NCBI RefSeq assembly: GCF_009914755.1
Contig: NC_060932.1
Strand: one strand, 5' to 3'
DNA from: the human T2T-CHM13v2.0 reference genome, Homo sapiens
DNA length: 64,000 bases
The notes under the pieces are model-generated. The model was given only the letters and a program-made list of their open reading frames with translations. It made no database searches and was not told the origin of the DNA. A program made the position numbers and the translations under genes. Below are positions 1 through 13,199 of this stretch, piece by piece. Each line of letters begins with the position of its first letter. Positions within the stretch are counted from its first letter, which is position 1.

Positions 1-1771
1 TTTTGTTGCGTTTGCTTTTGGGGTTTTAGTCATGAAGTCTTTGCCTGGGCCAACGTCTAGAAGGGTTTTTCTCATGTTATCTTCTAGAATCTTTAAGGTT
101 TCAGGTCTTAGATTTAAGTATTTGATCCATCTTGAGTGGACTTTTGTATAATGTGAGAGACAAGGATCCAGTTTAATTATCCTACATGTAGCTAGCCAAT
201 TATCCCAGCATCATTTGTTGAATAGAGTGTCCTTCTCCCACTTTATTTTTGTGTTTGTTTTGTAAAGATCAGTTGATTTGAAGTATTTGGCTTTATTTCT
301 GGGTTCTCTATTCTCTTCCATCCGTCTATGTGCCTATTTTTATACAATGTGCCTATTTTGTACAATGGTGTTTTGGTGACTATGGCCTTACAGTATACAG
401 TTTGAAGTTGGGTAATGTGATTTGTTCTTTTTGTTTAGTCTTGCTTTGGCTATGCAGACTCTTTTTTGGTTCCATATGAATTTTAGGATTGTTTTTTCTA
501 GTTTTATGAAGAAAGATGTTGGTATTTTGATGAGAACTGCATTCAATCTGTAGATTGCTTTTAGTTGTATGGTCATTTTCACAATGTTGACTCTTCCCAT
601 CCATGAGCATGAGATGTGTTTCCATTTGTTTGTGTCATCTATGATTTCTCTCAGCAGTGTTTTGTAGTTTTCCTTATAGAGGTCTTTCCACCTACTTGGT
701 AAGGTATATTCCTAAATATTGTATTTTTTTGCAATGATTGCAAAAGTAGTTGATTTCTTGATTTGATTCTCAGCATGGTCGCTGTTGGTATATAGCAGAG
801 CTACTTATTTGCGTTTTGTATCGTGAAACTTTGCTGAATTCATTTACCAGTTCTAGGAGCTTTTTGGATGAGTCTTTAGGGTTTTCTAGGTATAAAATCA
901 TATCATCAGCAAATAGCGACATTTTGACTTTCTCTTTACTGATTTGGATGCCCTTTCTTTCTTTCTTTTTTGATTGCTCTTGCTAGGACTTCCAGTACAA
1001 TGTTGAATAGAAGTATTAAAAGTGGGCATCCTTATCTTATTCCATTTCTCAGAGGAAATGCCTTCAACTTTTCCCCATTCAGTATAATGTTGACTGTGGG
1101 TTTGTTGTAGATGGCTTTTATTACCTTCAGGTACAATCCCTTCTATGTCAATTTTGTTGAGGGTTGTAACCATAAAGGAATGCTGGATTTTTGCAAATGC
1201 TTTTTCTGTATCTATTGAGATGAGCATGTGATTTTTGTTTTTTAATTCTGTTTATGTGATGTATCACATTTATTGACTTAGGTATGTTAAACCATCCCTG
1301 CATCCCTGATATGAAACCCACTTGATCATGGTGGATTATTTTTTTGATATGCTGTTGGATTTGGATCGTTAGTATTTTGTTGAGGATTTTAGTATCTTTG
1401 TTCATCAAGGTTATTGGTCTTTAGTTTTCTTTTTCTGTTATGTCCTTCCCTGGTTTTGATATTAGGGTGATACTGGCTTCAAAGAATGATTTAGGGAGGA
1501 TTCCCTCTTTCTCTATTTTTTAGAATACTGTCAATGGGATTCATACCAATTCCTCTTTGAATGTCTGACAGAATTCAGCTGTGAATCTGTCTGGTTCTGG
1601 ATTTTATTTTTTGTTGACAATTTTTTTATTACCATTTCAATTTCTCTACTGCTATTGGTCTATTCAGAGATTCTCTATCTCCCTGGTTTAATGAAGGAGG
1701 GTTGTTTATTTCCAGAAATGTATCCATCTCCTCTAGGTTTTCTAGTTTATGTGCATAAAAGTGTTCATAAT
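1..1771 (-). mobile_element. LINE-1 (L1PB-type) ORF2 relic, RT region; continues beyond window start
   Basis: Minus-strand translations are broken L1 ORF2: IGRVNIVKM..., [36 protein letters not shown]. Many stops and frameshifts. Confidence 0.93.
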
Positions 1772-2853
1772 TGTTGCAGGAAGTCAGGGACCCCAAACAG
1801 AGGGGCCGGCTGAAGCCATGGCAGAAGGATATAAATTGTGAAGATTTCATGGACATTTATTAGTTCCCCAAATTAATACTTTTATAATTTCTTATGCCTG
1901 TCTTTACTGCAATCTCTGAACATAAATTGTGAAGATTTCATGGATATTTATCACTTCCCCAATCAATACTCTTATAATTTCCTATGCCTGTCTTTACTTT
2001 AATCTTTTAATCCCGTCATCTTTGTAAACTGAGGATGTATGTTGCCTCAGGACCCTGTGAAGATTGTGTTATCTGTACAAATTGTTTGTAAAATGTGTGT
2101 TTGAACAATATGAAACCTGGGCATCCTAAAAGAACAGGGTAACAGCAATGTTGAGGGAACAAGGGAGATAACCATAAGGTCTGACTGCCTTAGGGGCCGG
2201 GCAGAGCAGAGTTATATTTCTCTTCTTGCAAAAGCAAATAGGAGAAATATCACTGAATTCTTTTTCTCATCAAGGAATAGCCCTGGGAAAAGAATGCATT
2301 CCCAGGGGGCGGTCTCTAAAATGGCCACTCTGGGAGTGTCCGTCTTATGCAGTTGAAGATAAGGGATGAAATACGCCCTGGTCTCCTGCAGCACCCTCAG
2401 GCTTGCTAGGATTAGGAAATTCCAGCCTGGTAAAATGCTAGTCAGACCGGCTGTCTGCTCTTGAACCCTGTTTCCTGTTAAGATGTTTATCAATGACAAT
2501 GCACGCACAGTGGGACCTGAAACCTCATTAGTAATTCTAATTTCACCCTGGCCTTGTGACCTTGCTCTATCCTTCTGCCCTTGTGATCTTTTTTGCCATT
2601 TGAAGCATGTGATCTCTGTGAGCCACTCCCTATTCGCACACCCCTCACCTTTTGAAATTCCTAATAAAAACTTGCTGGTTTTGCAGCTCAGATGGGCATC
2701 ACAGAACCTGCCAATAGGTGATGTCACCCTGAGAGACACAGCTGTAAAATTTCTCTCTTTTGTACTCTTTCTCTTTATTTCTCAGAGCCGCCGACACTTA
2801 GGGAAAATAGAAGAGAACATACGCTGAAATATTGGGGGCTGGTTCCCCCAATA
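1772..2853 (+). mobile_element. MER11 (HERV-K11-family) solo LTR inserted in L1 ORF2
   Basis: Starts TGTTGCAGGAAGTCAGGGACCCC and ends GGGGCTGGTTCCCCCAATA, matching my recalled MER11 termini. Has an internal ~90-bp duplication and an AATAAA. 6-bp TSD CATAAT (1766-1771) / CATAGT (2854-2859). L1 resumes colinearly. Confidence 0.88.
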
Positions 2854-5800
2854 CATAGTAAGCTTGAATAATCTTTTGTGTTTCTGTGGTATCAGTTGTA
2901 ATATCTCCCATTTCATTTCTAGTTGAGCTTATTTGGATACTTTTCTTGGTTAATCTCACTAATGGTCTGTCAATTTTATTTATCTGTTCAAAGAACCAGC
3001 TTTTTGTTCCATTTATCTTCTGTATTTTTTGTATGTTTCTTTGAATTTCATTTAATTCTGTTTCAATATTCATTTTTTATTTTCTTCTGCTGGGTTTGGG
3101 TTTGAATTGTTCTTGTTTCTCCAGTTCCATGAGGTGTGACCTTAGATTTTCTATTTGTGCTCTTTCAGACTTTTTGATGTAAGCATTTAATGCTATGAAC
3201 TTTCCTCTTAGCACTGCTTTTGCTGTATCCTAGAGGTTTTGATAGGTTGTGTCACTATTATTGTTCAGTTCAAAGAACTTTTAAATTTTTATCTTGATTT
3301 CATTGTTGACCCAATGATCGTTAAAGAGCAGGTCATTTAATTTCTATGTTTTTGCATGATTTTTAGGGTTCCTTTTGGAGTTGATTTCCAATTTTATTCC
3401 ACCGTCATCTGAGAGAGTATTTGATATAATTTTGATTTTCTTAAATTTACTGAGACTTGTTTTGTGGCATATCATGTGGTCTATCTTGGAGACTGTTTTA
3501 TATGCTATGAAAATAATGTATATTCTGAAGTTGTTGGGTAGAATGTTTGGTAAACATATGTTAAGTCCATTTGTTGTAGGGTGTAGTTTAACTCCATTAC
3601 TTCTTTGTTGACTTTCTGTCTTGATGACCCATCTAGTGCTGTCAGTGGAGTATTAAAGTCCCTTATTATTATTGTGTTGCCATCTATTTCATTTCTTAGC
3701 TCTAAAACAATTAGTAATTGCTTTATAAATTTGGGATCTCTAGTGTTAGGTGCATCTATATTTAGGATTTTGATATTTTACTGCTGGACTAGTCCTTTTA
3801 TCGTTATATAATGTCCTTCTTTGTATTTTTTAACTGCTGTTGCTTTAAAGTTTGTTTTGTCTGATATAAGAATAGCTACTCCTGCTCACTTTTGGTGTCC
3901 GTTTGCATGGAATATCTTTTTCCACCCCTTTACCTTAAGTTTACGTGAGTCCTTATGAGTTAGATGAGTCTCCTGAAGACAGCAGAAACTTGGTTGGTGA
4001 ATTCTACCTTCCATAGCTTTTAAGTAGAGCATTTAGACCATTTACATTAAATGTTAGTATTGAGATATGAGGTACTATTCTATTCACTGTGCTATTTGTT
4101 GCCTGAATATGTTGGGGTTTTTTTCATTGTGTTATTGTTATATAGGTTCTATGAGAATTATGCTTTAAGGAGGTTCTGTTTTGGTGTATTTTGAAGATTT
4201 GTTTCAAGATTTAGAGCCCTTTTAGCAGTTCTTGTAGTGCTGGCTTGGTAGTGGCAAAATCTCTCAGCATTTGTTTGTCTAGAAAACATTGTATCTTTCC
4301 TCCATTAATGAAGCTTAGTTTTGCTGCATACAAAATTATTGGCTGAAAATTGTTTAAAGAGGCTAAAAATAGGATCCCAATCCCTTTTACCTTGTAAGGT
4401 TTCTGCTGAGAAATCTGCTGTTAATCTGATAGGTTTTCCTTTAAAGGTTACCTGATGCTTTTGCTCACAGCTCTTAAGATTCTTTCTTTCATCTTGACTT
4501 TAGATAACCTGATGACTATGTGCCTAGGCAATGCCATTTTGTGATGATTTTCCCAGGTGTTCTTTGAGCTTCTTGTATTTGTACTCAGCTCAGGGAAGTT
4601 TTCCTCGATTATTCCCTCAAATAAGTTTTCCAAACTTTTAGATTTCTCTTCTTCCCGAGGAACACCAGTAATTCTTAGGTTTGGATGTTTAACATAGTCC
4701 CAGACTTCTTGAAGGCTTTGTTTTAAAATTTTTTTTTATTGTCTTTAATGGGTTAGGTTAATTTGAAAGCCTTGGCTTCGAGCTCTGAAGTTCTTTCTTC
4801 TGCTTGTTTGAATCTATTGCTGAGACTTTCTAGTGCATTTTGCATTTCTCTAGGTGTGTCCTTGACTTCCAGAAGTTGTGATTGTTTTTTATTTATGCTA
4901 TCTATTTCACTGAGGAATTTTCCGCTCATATCTTGTATCATGTTTTTTATTTATTTAAGTTGGACTTCACTTTCTCTGGTGCCTACTTGATTAGCTTATT
5001 AGTTGACCTTGAATTTTTTATCTGGCAGTTCAGATTTCATCTTGGTTTGGATCCATTGTTGGAGAGCTGGTATGATCTTTTGGGGGTGTTAAAGAGCCTT
5101 GATTCCTCGTATTACCAGAATTGTTTTTCTGGTTTCTTCTCATTTGGGTAGACTACGTCAGAGGGGAGATCTGGGAATCAATGGCTGCTGCTTACATTCT
5201 TTTGTCCCATGGAATGCTCCCTTGGTGTGATTTATAACCAGATTTGGTTTGGTTTTTAATTGGCTTCCTGAGACCCAAATTATAGTGGCTGTTTTTGCTC
5301 TTCTGGGTCTAGTCACCCAGTGGAGCAACCAGGCTCCAGGCTGGTACTGGGGAGTGTTTGCAAAGAGTTCTGTGATGTGACTTATCTTCAACTCTTGCAG
5401 CTGTGGATACCAGCATGTGCTCTGGTGGAGGTAGCAGGGGAGAGCAGTGGACTCTGCAAGAGTCCTTGGTTTTGTTTTTGTTTGGAGCACTGGTTTTGTG
5501 TTTGTTGGCATCCAGCCAGGAGGTGGCACTTTCCAGACACCATCAACTGCAGTCCTATAGGAAGGATGTAAACTTACCCTAGGAAAACCTGACTAAGTAT
5601 TCAGGTTTCTCAGGTGGTGGACAGGACCATAGAGCTCCCAAAGGATTATGACCTTTGTCTTTGGCTACCAGGGTGAGTAGAGAAATACCACCAGGTGGAG
5701 ACAGGGATAAGCATGTCTGAGCTCAGCTTTTCCTTTTGCGGGGCTTGCTGCAGCTGCTGTGGGGGATGGTAGTGTGGTTCCCAGCCCAATGGAGTTATAT

Positions 5801-6228
5801 TCCCAGGGGAATTATGGCTGTCTCTGTCAAGTCATAAAGGTCACCAAGGAAGTGGGGGAAGGCTGGCAGTCATAGGCCTCACCCCATTCCCATGGAGCTG
5901 GTAGTCCTAAAGGCCAGTCTCACTACCGCCGTGCCCCCTGCCGCAACAGCACCAAGTGTATTTCCAGGCAGCCAGTGACCAAGGCTTAGAACTTGCCCCA
6001 GACCATGAGCCTCCCCATTGAGAATGCAAGCAGAGTCATAGTTTTTCAGCATTTCAGGGAACCTGCAGCAGTGATCCAGTTCCTTCAAAGGGTCTGTGGA
6101 TTCTCTCAGCTTTCCTGTTATGTTCCTGCAGTAGTTCTTGGAGCAAAAGTTCACAATGTGAGAATCCACATGCTGCTCTGTTCATTTGAGCAGGAGCTGC
6201 AAGCTAGTCCTGCCCCCTCTTTGCCATT
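2854..6228 (-). mobile_element. LINE-1 L1PB (L1PBa-type 5' end): ORF2 N-terminus, ORF1 and 5'UTR
   Basis: [14 protein letters not shown] (ORF2); ENLFEGIIEENFP and PRHIVIRLSKVKMKERIL (ORF1). The reverse complement of ~6080-6228 resembles the recalled L1PBa 5' end (GGCAGGACTAGCTTGCAGCTCC...GTGAACTTTTGCTCCAAGAACTAC). Confidence 0.85.
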
Positions 6229-7484
6229 CTAATCCAGGTCTGGAATTTAGATGAAGAGTCATGATTCTCTGTTTTGATGGTTTAAGTCAGGTGTATGTTC
6301 ACCAAAACTAAAGCTATCTCAGTTATATAGATTAAGCAGGACCTCAGAGTAACACTCAGGTTTTTCCATCCTAAGGACCCTATGATATTTTATAGGTGAG
6401 TCACACCTTTATGATAACCATTAGAGGCCTATCAAATAAATAAAATAGATTGATAATGATATAATGATAATTTATAATGATATCATGACAATCACATCCA
6501 CCTTGATTCTGGTGATTAAATTGCTCCCTTGGCCTCCTCCGCCCTAATAGTCTTTCATTTACATCAAATCTTAGAAACCACTTAAACATCAGTATCTCCC
6601 ACCTTTATTCTTGGCAAAAGAGGGAAGCCAATGCAGTACTTGGTGTTTTGGTGAAAGCAGGGTCTTTTGGGCCTTCCCAGAAACCAACAGGGAGTTGTTG
6701 AGCCAGTCGTCCTGGATAATGCCACTCCAACATCCCCATCTCCACACCTTCTCAGATCCCTGTTATATCACAGCTAGGAATTTTTAACATCTTCATTTAT
6801 CACAGTTCACTGCATATTTTACATTTACATTAAGACCAGGATTAAGTTAACCAAGTGAACAAATTGCTAGAACTTTTTCCAACTGCTAGTATATTAAAGA
6901 CAGACTCTCTGATGAGTGACCCCACATTAATAAATTATGCTCCTCTTTCTTCCTTGGTTTAGCAAACTCGAATCCATTCACATACACATATTCCATATTC
7001 TCATGCTTCATGCAAATACAATTTAAAAACAGATAAATATTGCTATTCTGTAAGCATGCAGAATTTCCTTTGGGTTGACTTTGTAATTTCCCCCTGCTCC
7101 CCAACCTCCTCGGGCTGCTGAAATTTTACTCATGCTATAGACTTAGAGGCCAAGAAAATTGGTAGAAGTGAATGAATGGAAAATACACACAATCTTTCAA
7201 GGCAACTACCTCAGATGAGGTAGCTATAGGTAAAGCAATCAGAAAAAAGTGTTTCTGCAGGCATGTAAAGGTCAGCGGAGTTTTGGGATAGTGTGCTAGC
7301 CAAAAACTTGTAACTGGTAGAACCTAAATTATACCTGGGGATCCAGCTACAAGGATGTTTGAGAAAGGTGGGCTTTTAGCCATTCAACTTATGCCTACAA
7401 TAAAACCTCTAGAAAGAGGTCTGAACATATAATGAGCTAGCCATCTGGACTGTATCTGTCAGGTTGGGTAAAGCACTGAAGTTA

Positions 7485-7790
7485 GTGCCTGGCACACAGC
7501 AAGTGCTCAATAAATGTCTGTACTTATTTTATTAAAAGTATCAGCTTAAGTATCACTTCCTTAGGCCATTTCTGTCCTTCTGGACTAGATTAAATTCCCT
7601 GGCTATATGCTCCCAAAACTTCTACAGTTTTGAAATTCTTACCTCACTTGTAATTACACTCTGAAACCTCTTTCTTTTATGATGAAACACAAGTTTCATG
7701 AAAGCAGGAACCAAGTGTATCTATCTTTTTAAAAATATATACCACTAGGGTATATGGCTAATAACAGGTGTACAATAAATGATAATGAAT
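7485..7790 (+). mobile_element. L2/MIR 3'-end fragments
   Basis: GTGCCTGGCACACAGCAAGTGCTCAATAAATG and a second ...CAATAAATGATAATGAAT tail. Confidence 0.55.
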
Positions 7791-8699
7791 TAAAAAGTGG
7801 AATTGGTAGAGGCTCTGCCTCATTGTCTTCAGTTGTTTTCCTAATAGTATGTTATTGTGTATTAAAGGAATGAAACACAAATGCCATGTTACCTGGTTTC
7901 ATTGGTATCTTATTAAACTAATGAGGTGCAGGGCTAAGAAAAGTTATTTTAAAAATATATCTAGCTTCTTTCTAGCTACTTGAACTGAAATGTCAACTTA
8001 AAATTTCTAAAATGGAGTGTTATAACTTATCTTGTATATTACATGTCAAATAGCCTACGTCTTGGTCCTCGACTATCCTAATTTCACAGAATTCTATCTA
8101 ATTTGGTGTCTCTAGATGTGTATAGTGTCTTGATGACTTTATTAGATTAATAAATTCTTAGGTCAAATTTTTCATGGTTTCAATTCTACTTTTGTTCTTG
8201 CAGTTTTGTCTACATAATCAGCATTTGTTTTATATGACAGTGTGGTCAATATCGAGGAAAGCCTGAAAAGAACGACAGTTAAACTAAGAACCTGTGTTGG
8301 AATCCTGGGTCTTATAATTTACTACGGTTAAGAAAATTACCACATTTTGTCAAATCTACAACATTGCTGACAAATCACCAAGAAAGAAAAGATACATCCC
8401 AATTTCATGAAGGTTAACATGTGGATTATCTTAGATTGATGAAATACAGTACACTTAGTTCTTTGACCTTCAGCTTTTTCATCTATGTTACTTACCAGCT
8501 GCAGTCCTGCCTGCTTCACAGCTATATTCTTCCATCCCTCTTGTCCACTCTCATTCCCTGGGAATGGCTGGAATACCAAGTCTGGACCCCAGGGGACATT
8601 TTCCTGCTGGATGCACTTGCCTGCTATTCAGTTAATCTGTCTTGGATGGGCACCTAACCCAAGCTTCTTGGATCATGTTTTTCCCCAGGGATTTCTTTT

Positions 8700-9325
8700 T
8701 CTCTGTATTTTTAAAATATACATTTTTAAATTTTAGAATAGTTTTATGTTTTTAGAAAAGTTGTAATAATAATACAGAGAGTTCCTGTAATCCTTCACCC
8801 AATTTGCCCCATGGTTAACATCTTACATTTGTCAAAACATTAACATTGGTTAATTACTATTAACATTAACATTGTTACATTACTATTAATTGAACTCCAT
8901 ATTTCACCAATTGTTTTCATTAATGCCCTCTTTCTGTTCCAGGATACAATTCAAGATACCACAGTGGATTTAGCTGTTGTGTCTTTTTGGTCTCTTTTGT
9001 TGTATAATAGTTGCTTAGTTTTCGTTTTTTATGACTTTGACAGTTTTAAGGAGTACTGGTCAGGTATTTTGTAGAATGTCTCTCAATTTGGGTTTATCTG
9101 ATATTTTCTCATGATTCAACTGGAGTTGTAGGTTTTTGGAAAGAAATCCACAGAGATGAGGTGCCTTTGTCATTACATAATATTAGACAGTAAATGATAG
9201 TCACATGACATCACTGGTGATGTTAAGCCTTCATCACTTGGTTAAGATAGTTTCGGCCAGCCTTTTCCACTGTAAAGTTGCTATTCTTCCTTTTCTATAT
9301 TCTTTGGAAGCAAGCCACCGAGTTC
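8700..9325 (-). mobile_element. Old L1M (L1MC-like) 3' fragment
   Basis: AATACAGAGAGTTCC...TTCACCC, TTTCTGTTCCAGGAT and GGAGTACTGGTCAGGTATTTTGTAGAATGTC resemble antisense L1MB/MC 3'UTR. Confidence 0.65.
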
Positions 9326-9559
9326 TTTGGAAACTTCTAAACCAAAGCCAATTGAACAGATCCTGTCCTTATTTAATGAAGGGATCCAAGGACTATACAG
9401 GCTGTGGAAAAAGCCTGTCTGCAAGGTGGGAAAATAAACCTGCTGATGAGATATGGACAGAATTGTGATGGCATTTCCACCTCCTGAGGCTCAGAGAAGC
9501 TCCCTGTCTTATATTTCACTCTACTATTGTGCCAGAAAATTTCCCTTTTCACCTTCACC

Positions 9560-9720
9560 AGTCTAGGTTGAATTTCTATATGTCCAACCAAAAATAGGCT
9601 AAAATACTATATACCTCATTGGATTGCTATGAGAATTAAATAAGTAGTATGCAAAGGAGTGCCTACCACAGAAAGAGACACATAGAAGTACCAATAAATG
9701 TTGAATATTATTATTAATAT
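9560..9720 (+). mobile_element. MIR fragment
   Basis: ATACCTCATTGGATTGCTATGAGAATTAAATAAG...CAATAAATGTTGAATATTATTATT. Confidence 0.55.
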
Positions 9721-11016
9721 TAGTTGATGCACAGTAGTATTTTGAATCCATTATAATAAAAACATTGTGGAAATAAACTAATGGTCATAGATTTCTTAGT
9801 TATATTTGAGAATCTGAGATCACACATTAAACATACTTGTTATTGTAGCATTGGACTCAAAGAGAAGTGAAACGAGTTGTAGCTTTATCAGGATCTTGCT
9901 GCTTCTGCAAGAACTAAGCCACGTTTGTGTTAGATTCAGAGGCAAGAAAAGAGCATCCTGATATTTGAAGTACATAATTATCCACATTCTTCTTTCCTGA
10001 GGAAAGGGCCATCAGAGCTAAGTCTTTTAGTCAAGAAGCATCTTTGATTCACAAATACTGTGTGATCCTTAATGTCCCATGACTATTATCTAGAATTGTT
10101 TCAGCCTGAAAGTGCAGAGAGAGGGTAGAAATGTGCATTTATATCTTTAGTATATATCATTAATGAATCTGTTGTGACATTTATCTATAGTCATGAAATG
10201 AAAAAATAATTGGGGCATAAGTGACTTTGAACTACTACTATTTAGTTCTCCAAATTTAATTTTTTTCACAACGGGAAAATAGCTATCAAGAAGACAAACT
10301 TTTAATAGCTCTTTAATGAAACTGTCTTGGTATTTCCTTTTCCCTTAAAAAACTCATTTACAAATTGTTTCACATTTCTACCTTGGTTCTGATTTTCTAA
10401 AAGCAAATTTGGTATGAAAGAAGTGCAACAGAAAGACAGGCTAGTGTCCAAGTATCTAAAATGGTTTGCCTCTGTGCAATGGAAGGAGAATATGCTCAGT
10501 GGTCAGTGCCAATACCTGGAAGTATACCAGATGCTTGGCAGTGTAGCATAGATCTCAGTGAAGGAATTCAAAGTAAGACAAAGTAAAGGAGAAAAGAACG
10601 GACTATACAGAGGTATCCCTACACAAAATGGTGAAAGAAGTAGTGTATATTGCATGTCAGCCTACCTCCAGCATCAGCTCTCTCCATGTTTCCTTGACTC
10701 CCTGAAAGCAGATGACTTAGTGCCCACCTCATGCATTCCCCGTTTCAGACTTAAATATTCACTTCCTGTCCTATAATCCCTCAATGCATCAGCAAGCACC
10801 TATTTGAGCACTGACGAAGATAAAATACACACAAATATAAATTTGCCATTGCCCCAATCCTCCAGAAACTTGCCGTTTAGTGGGGGAGGAGAAGCAAGTA
10901 TGTAGATAACTAAAACAAAAAGGCAGTGTGGTGTAGAGAGGGACAAAGAACTACAGAGATGAGAACTAGGAGAAGAAAAGAAGAATAATCTGAGGTGTAG
11001 GTTAAGATGTGGTATG

Positions 11017-11141
11017 TGGGAGGCTGAGACAGGAGAATTATTGGAATCCTGGAGGCAGAGGTTGCAGTGAGCTGAGATAGTGCCACTGCACTTCAGCCTG
11101 GGCAACAGAGTGAGACTCCGTTTCAGAGAAAAAAAAAAAAA
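11017..11141 (+). mobile_element. 5'-truncated Alu (right arm only) within an L2 relic
   Basis: GGGAGGCTGAGACAGGAGAAT...GAGGTTGCAGTGAGCTGAGAT...GCCTGGGCAACAGAGTGAGACTCC followed by an A tail. Confidence 0.9.
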
Positions 11142-11904
11142 TATGTTTGCTGTGGTGTGACAGAGCTAAGGGAGGAGTTCCTAGAAGACAATGTACAAAG
11201 TCATGAGAAGAAGTTCAAGGAAAAGATCCTGGATTTGATAAGTTTAACGTAACTATAGAATGCAGTTTAAATGAGATGACTCATGGATTGCATTGATTTA
11301 TTCCTAGAATAACAAATATTAAAGGAGGTAACAAACAAATTGCATAAGATAAGTAAAGGGAAAAAAGACAGCCAATTATTCAAATAATTCTAGCATAAGA
11401 AATAATACAAAACTATAAGGACAGCAGCATTTCCCCCATCTGTTCATGTTTTGAGGCACAATGGGAAAACCCCCACTTTTTATTATCAAATGGTTTACAT
11501 AATGATCAAGTACATTAGATCAAAACAAAAAAAATGGGCTTTAATAATATGGAAAACATCCTTTTCCTGCAGAGACAGATTGGGGACTGAAAGCGTCAGT
11601 TGGCTGGGTGGCTCATTAGCTGTCTTTAATGAGTGGCACCACCTTGGAAATAACCAGGGCCCTGAAATAAAGATGAAAAGGCAACAAAGAGGGGACTCTC
11701 TGTTACCCTTAGGCAGGCAAATCAAAGCAACTGAGCCTAAAAAGAGATGGGAAAAGTTCACTTCAAAGCATTATTATTATCTTGCTCATTTCTGAATAAC
11801 TGAAACCAACGGACCTCCCAACACACTTGCTGTCCTTTTTTTGTCCATGGGGAAACAGGCCAGTCTATGAGTTTACTGGTTATCCATTATTTCCATCTTG
11901 CAAA

Positions 11905-12315
11905 CATCCCCTATTCCTTCTTTTGCTAACCAAATACTTTTTTCCCTTTTGAGAATCTTTCATCCCCAAGAGGATGCAGGTGGTTGATTGTGTGAGCCAG
12001 GACAGCCAATAAGAGTACACCTTCAAAGATTGATCTGCTCAACAGAACAAGAGACTTGATTTCTTTGTAAGGTTACAAAATTCGTCAACTGTGTAGGGCT
12101 GGCACTATGGACATAATGTGAGGGGAATGAAACCAACACAGGAAGCAATGCCGAAAGCAAGTTAGAGAAAGAGAAAATCATATTCTTCCTAATGTTGTTA
12201 AGCCCAGGACAAGCCCTGCTATTTCTAGTACTTCTGAGTTACACGGGTCAATGCATTTTCTCTGCCTAAGTTAGAATTGCATCCCTGTCACTTGTTACTT
12301 CGAGTCCTCAATGCA
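11905..12315 (+). mobile_element. MLT1 (ERVL-MaLR) LTR relic
   Basis: CAGCCAATAAGAG, GCCTAAGTTAGAATTG and CTGTCACTTG motifs resembling old MLT1 LTRs; highly diverged. Confidence 0.45.
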
Positions 12316-13199
12316 GTACGTTTTTGAGCTACACTTTTCCATAGGACACCAAAGAGACTTTGAAATCAAGATTTTCCCTGTTTCATGATTATGGGTAGTG
12401 TGCATGCTGTAGCATGAAGATGTTCAGAGTGCCATACCACCTTAAGAATAATTACTGAAAGAGGAAGAATGAAAGCAACCAGGATGAAAGTAAAGTTTAT
12501 TTTTCACCTTCCTTCACCACTGATAGAAAGGAATGATTTGTGTTGATAGTCTAAGGAAATTCACATTTTGATCTCCCAATGAATCACCTATGGAAAATTA
12601 GAAACATGATGTTGTCATTATAAAGTGGCCCTGGTCCTGCAGATAATATTTGCAGCTTCAGTAAAAAAGTAAAAGATCAAACCTTAATTGATTACTTATT
12701 TTGGGGTGCACATGGCACTAAATTGCAAGTGGGGATGGAAGGGCGCAAATATCTTAGGAGGGAGGACATCTTGACCCAAATAGACAGATTCCACTACAGT
12801 TCTATGAAAAAATCACATGTACATTACTTAGTAGGGTTAGCAAAGTCTAACTAATTTATAATACTGGGAAAACAAAGTAGCTTTATCACAGAGTCTGAAC
12901 TGAGATAATTATAAAATACATACCTAGTCTATACATTGCTTGTAGAAGATTCTCAGTAAAATCTTTCTGATAGAATAAAAATTAAACGCTATCAGTTTCA
13001 ACATAACAGAAAATTTAAGCTGCGAATGCTCGTAAAGAAATTAGGTAAAAATAATGGAGAACAAAACCCGCAATCGGCTTATCAATCGGCTTACTGTTGA
13101 CACGCCACGCCACTCAGAATAGTATCTAATTTTCTTGATCCCTTATCTCAGGTAAAGCTATTGACTCGGGGAAATAGGTTATGCGGAAACCATGAAAGT

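Noticed and set aside
1830-2010. About 90-bp tandem duplication
   Set aside because: As I recall, an intrinsic feature of MER11 consensus sequences, not locus-specific.
2212-2739. 175-aa minus-strand ORF
   Set aside because: Lies wholly within the MER11 LTR; no recognisable protein features.
380-5529. Minus-strand ORFs resembling reverse transcriptase/ORF1p
   Set aside because: Fragments of a dead L1PB with many stops, frameshifts and an LTR insertion; not a functional CDS.
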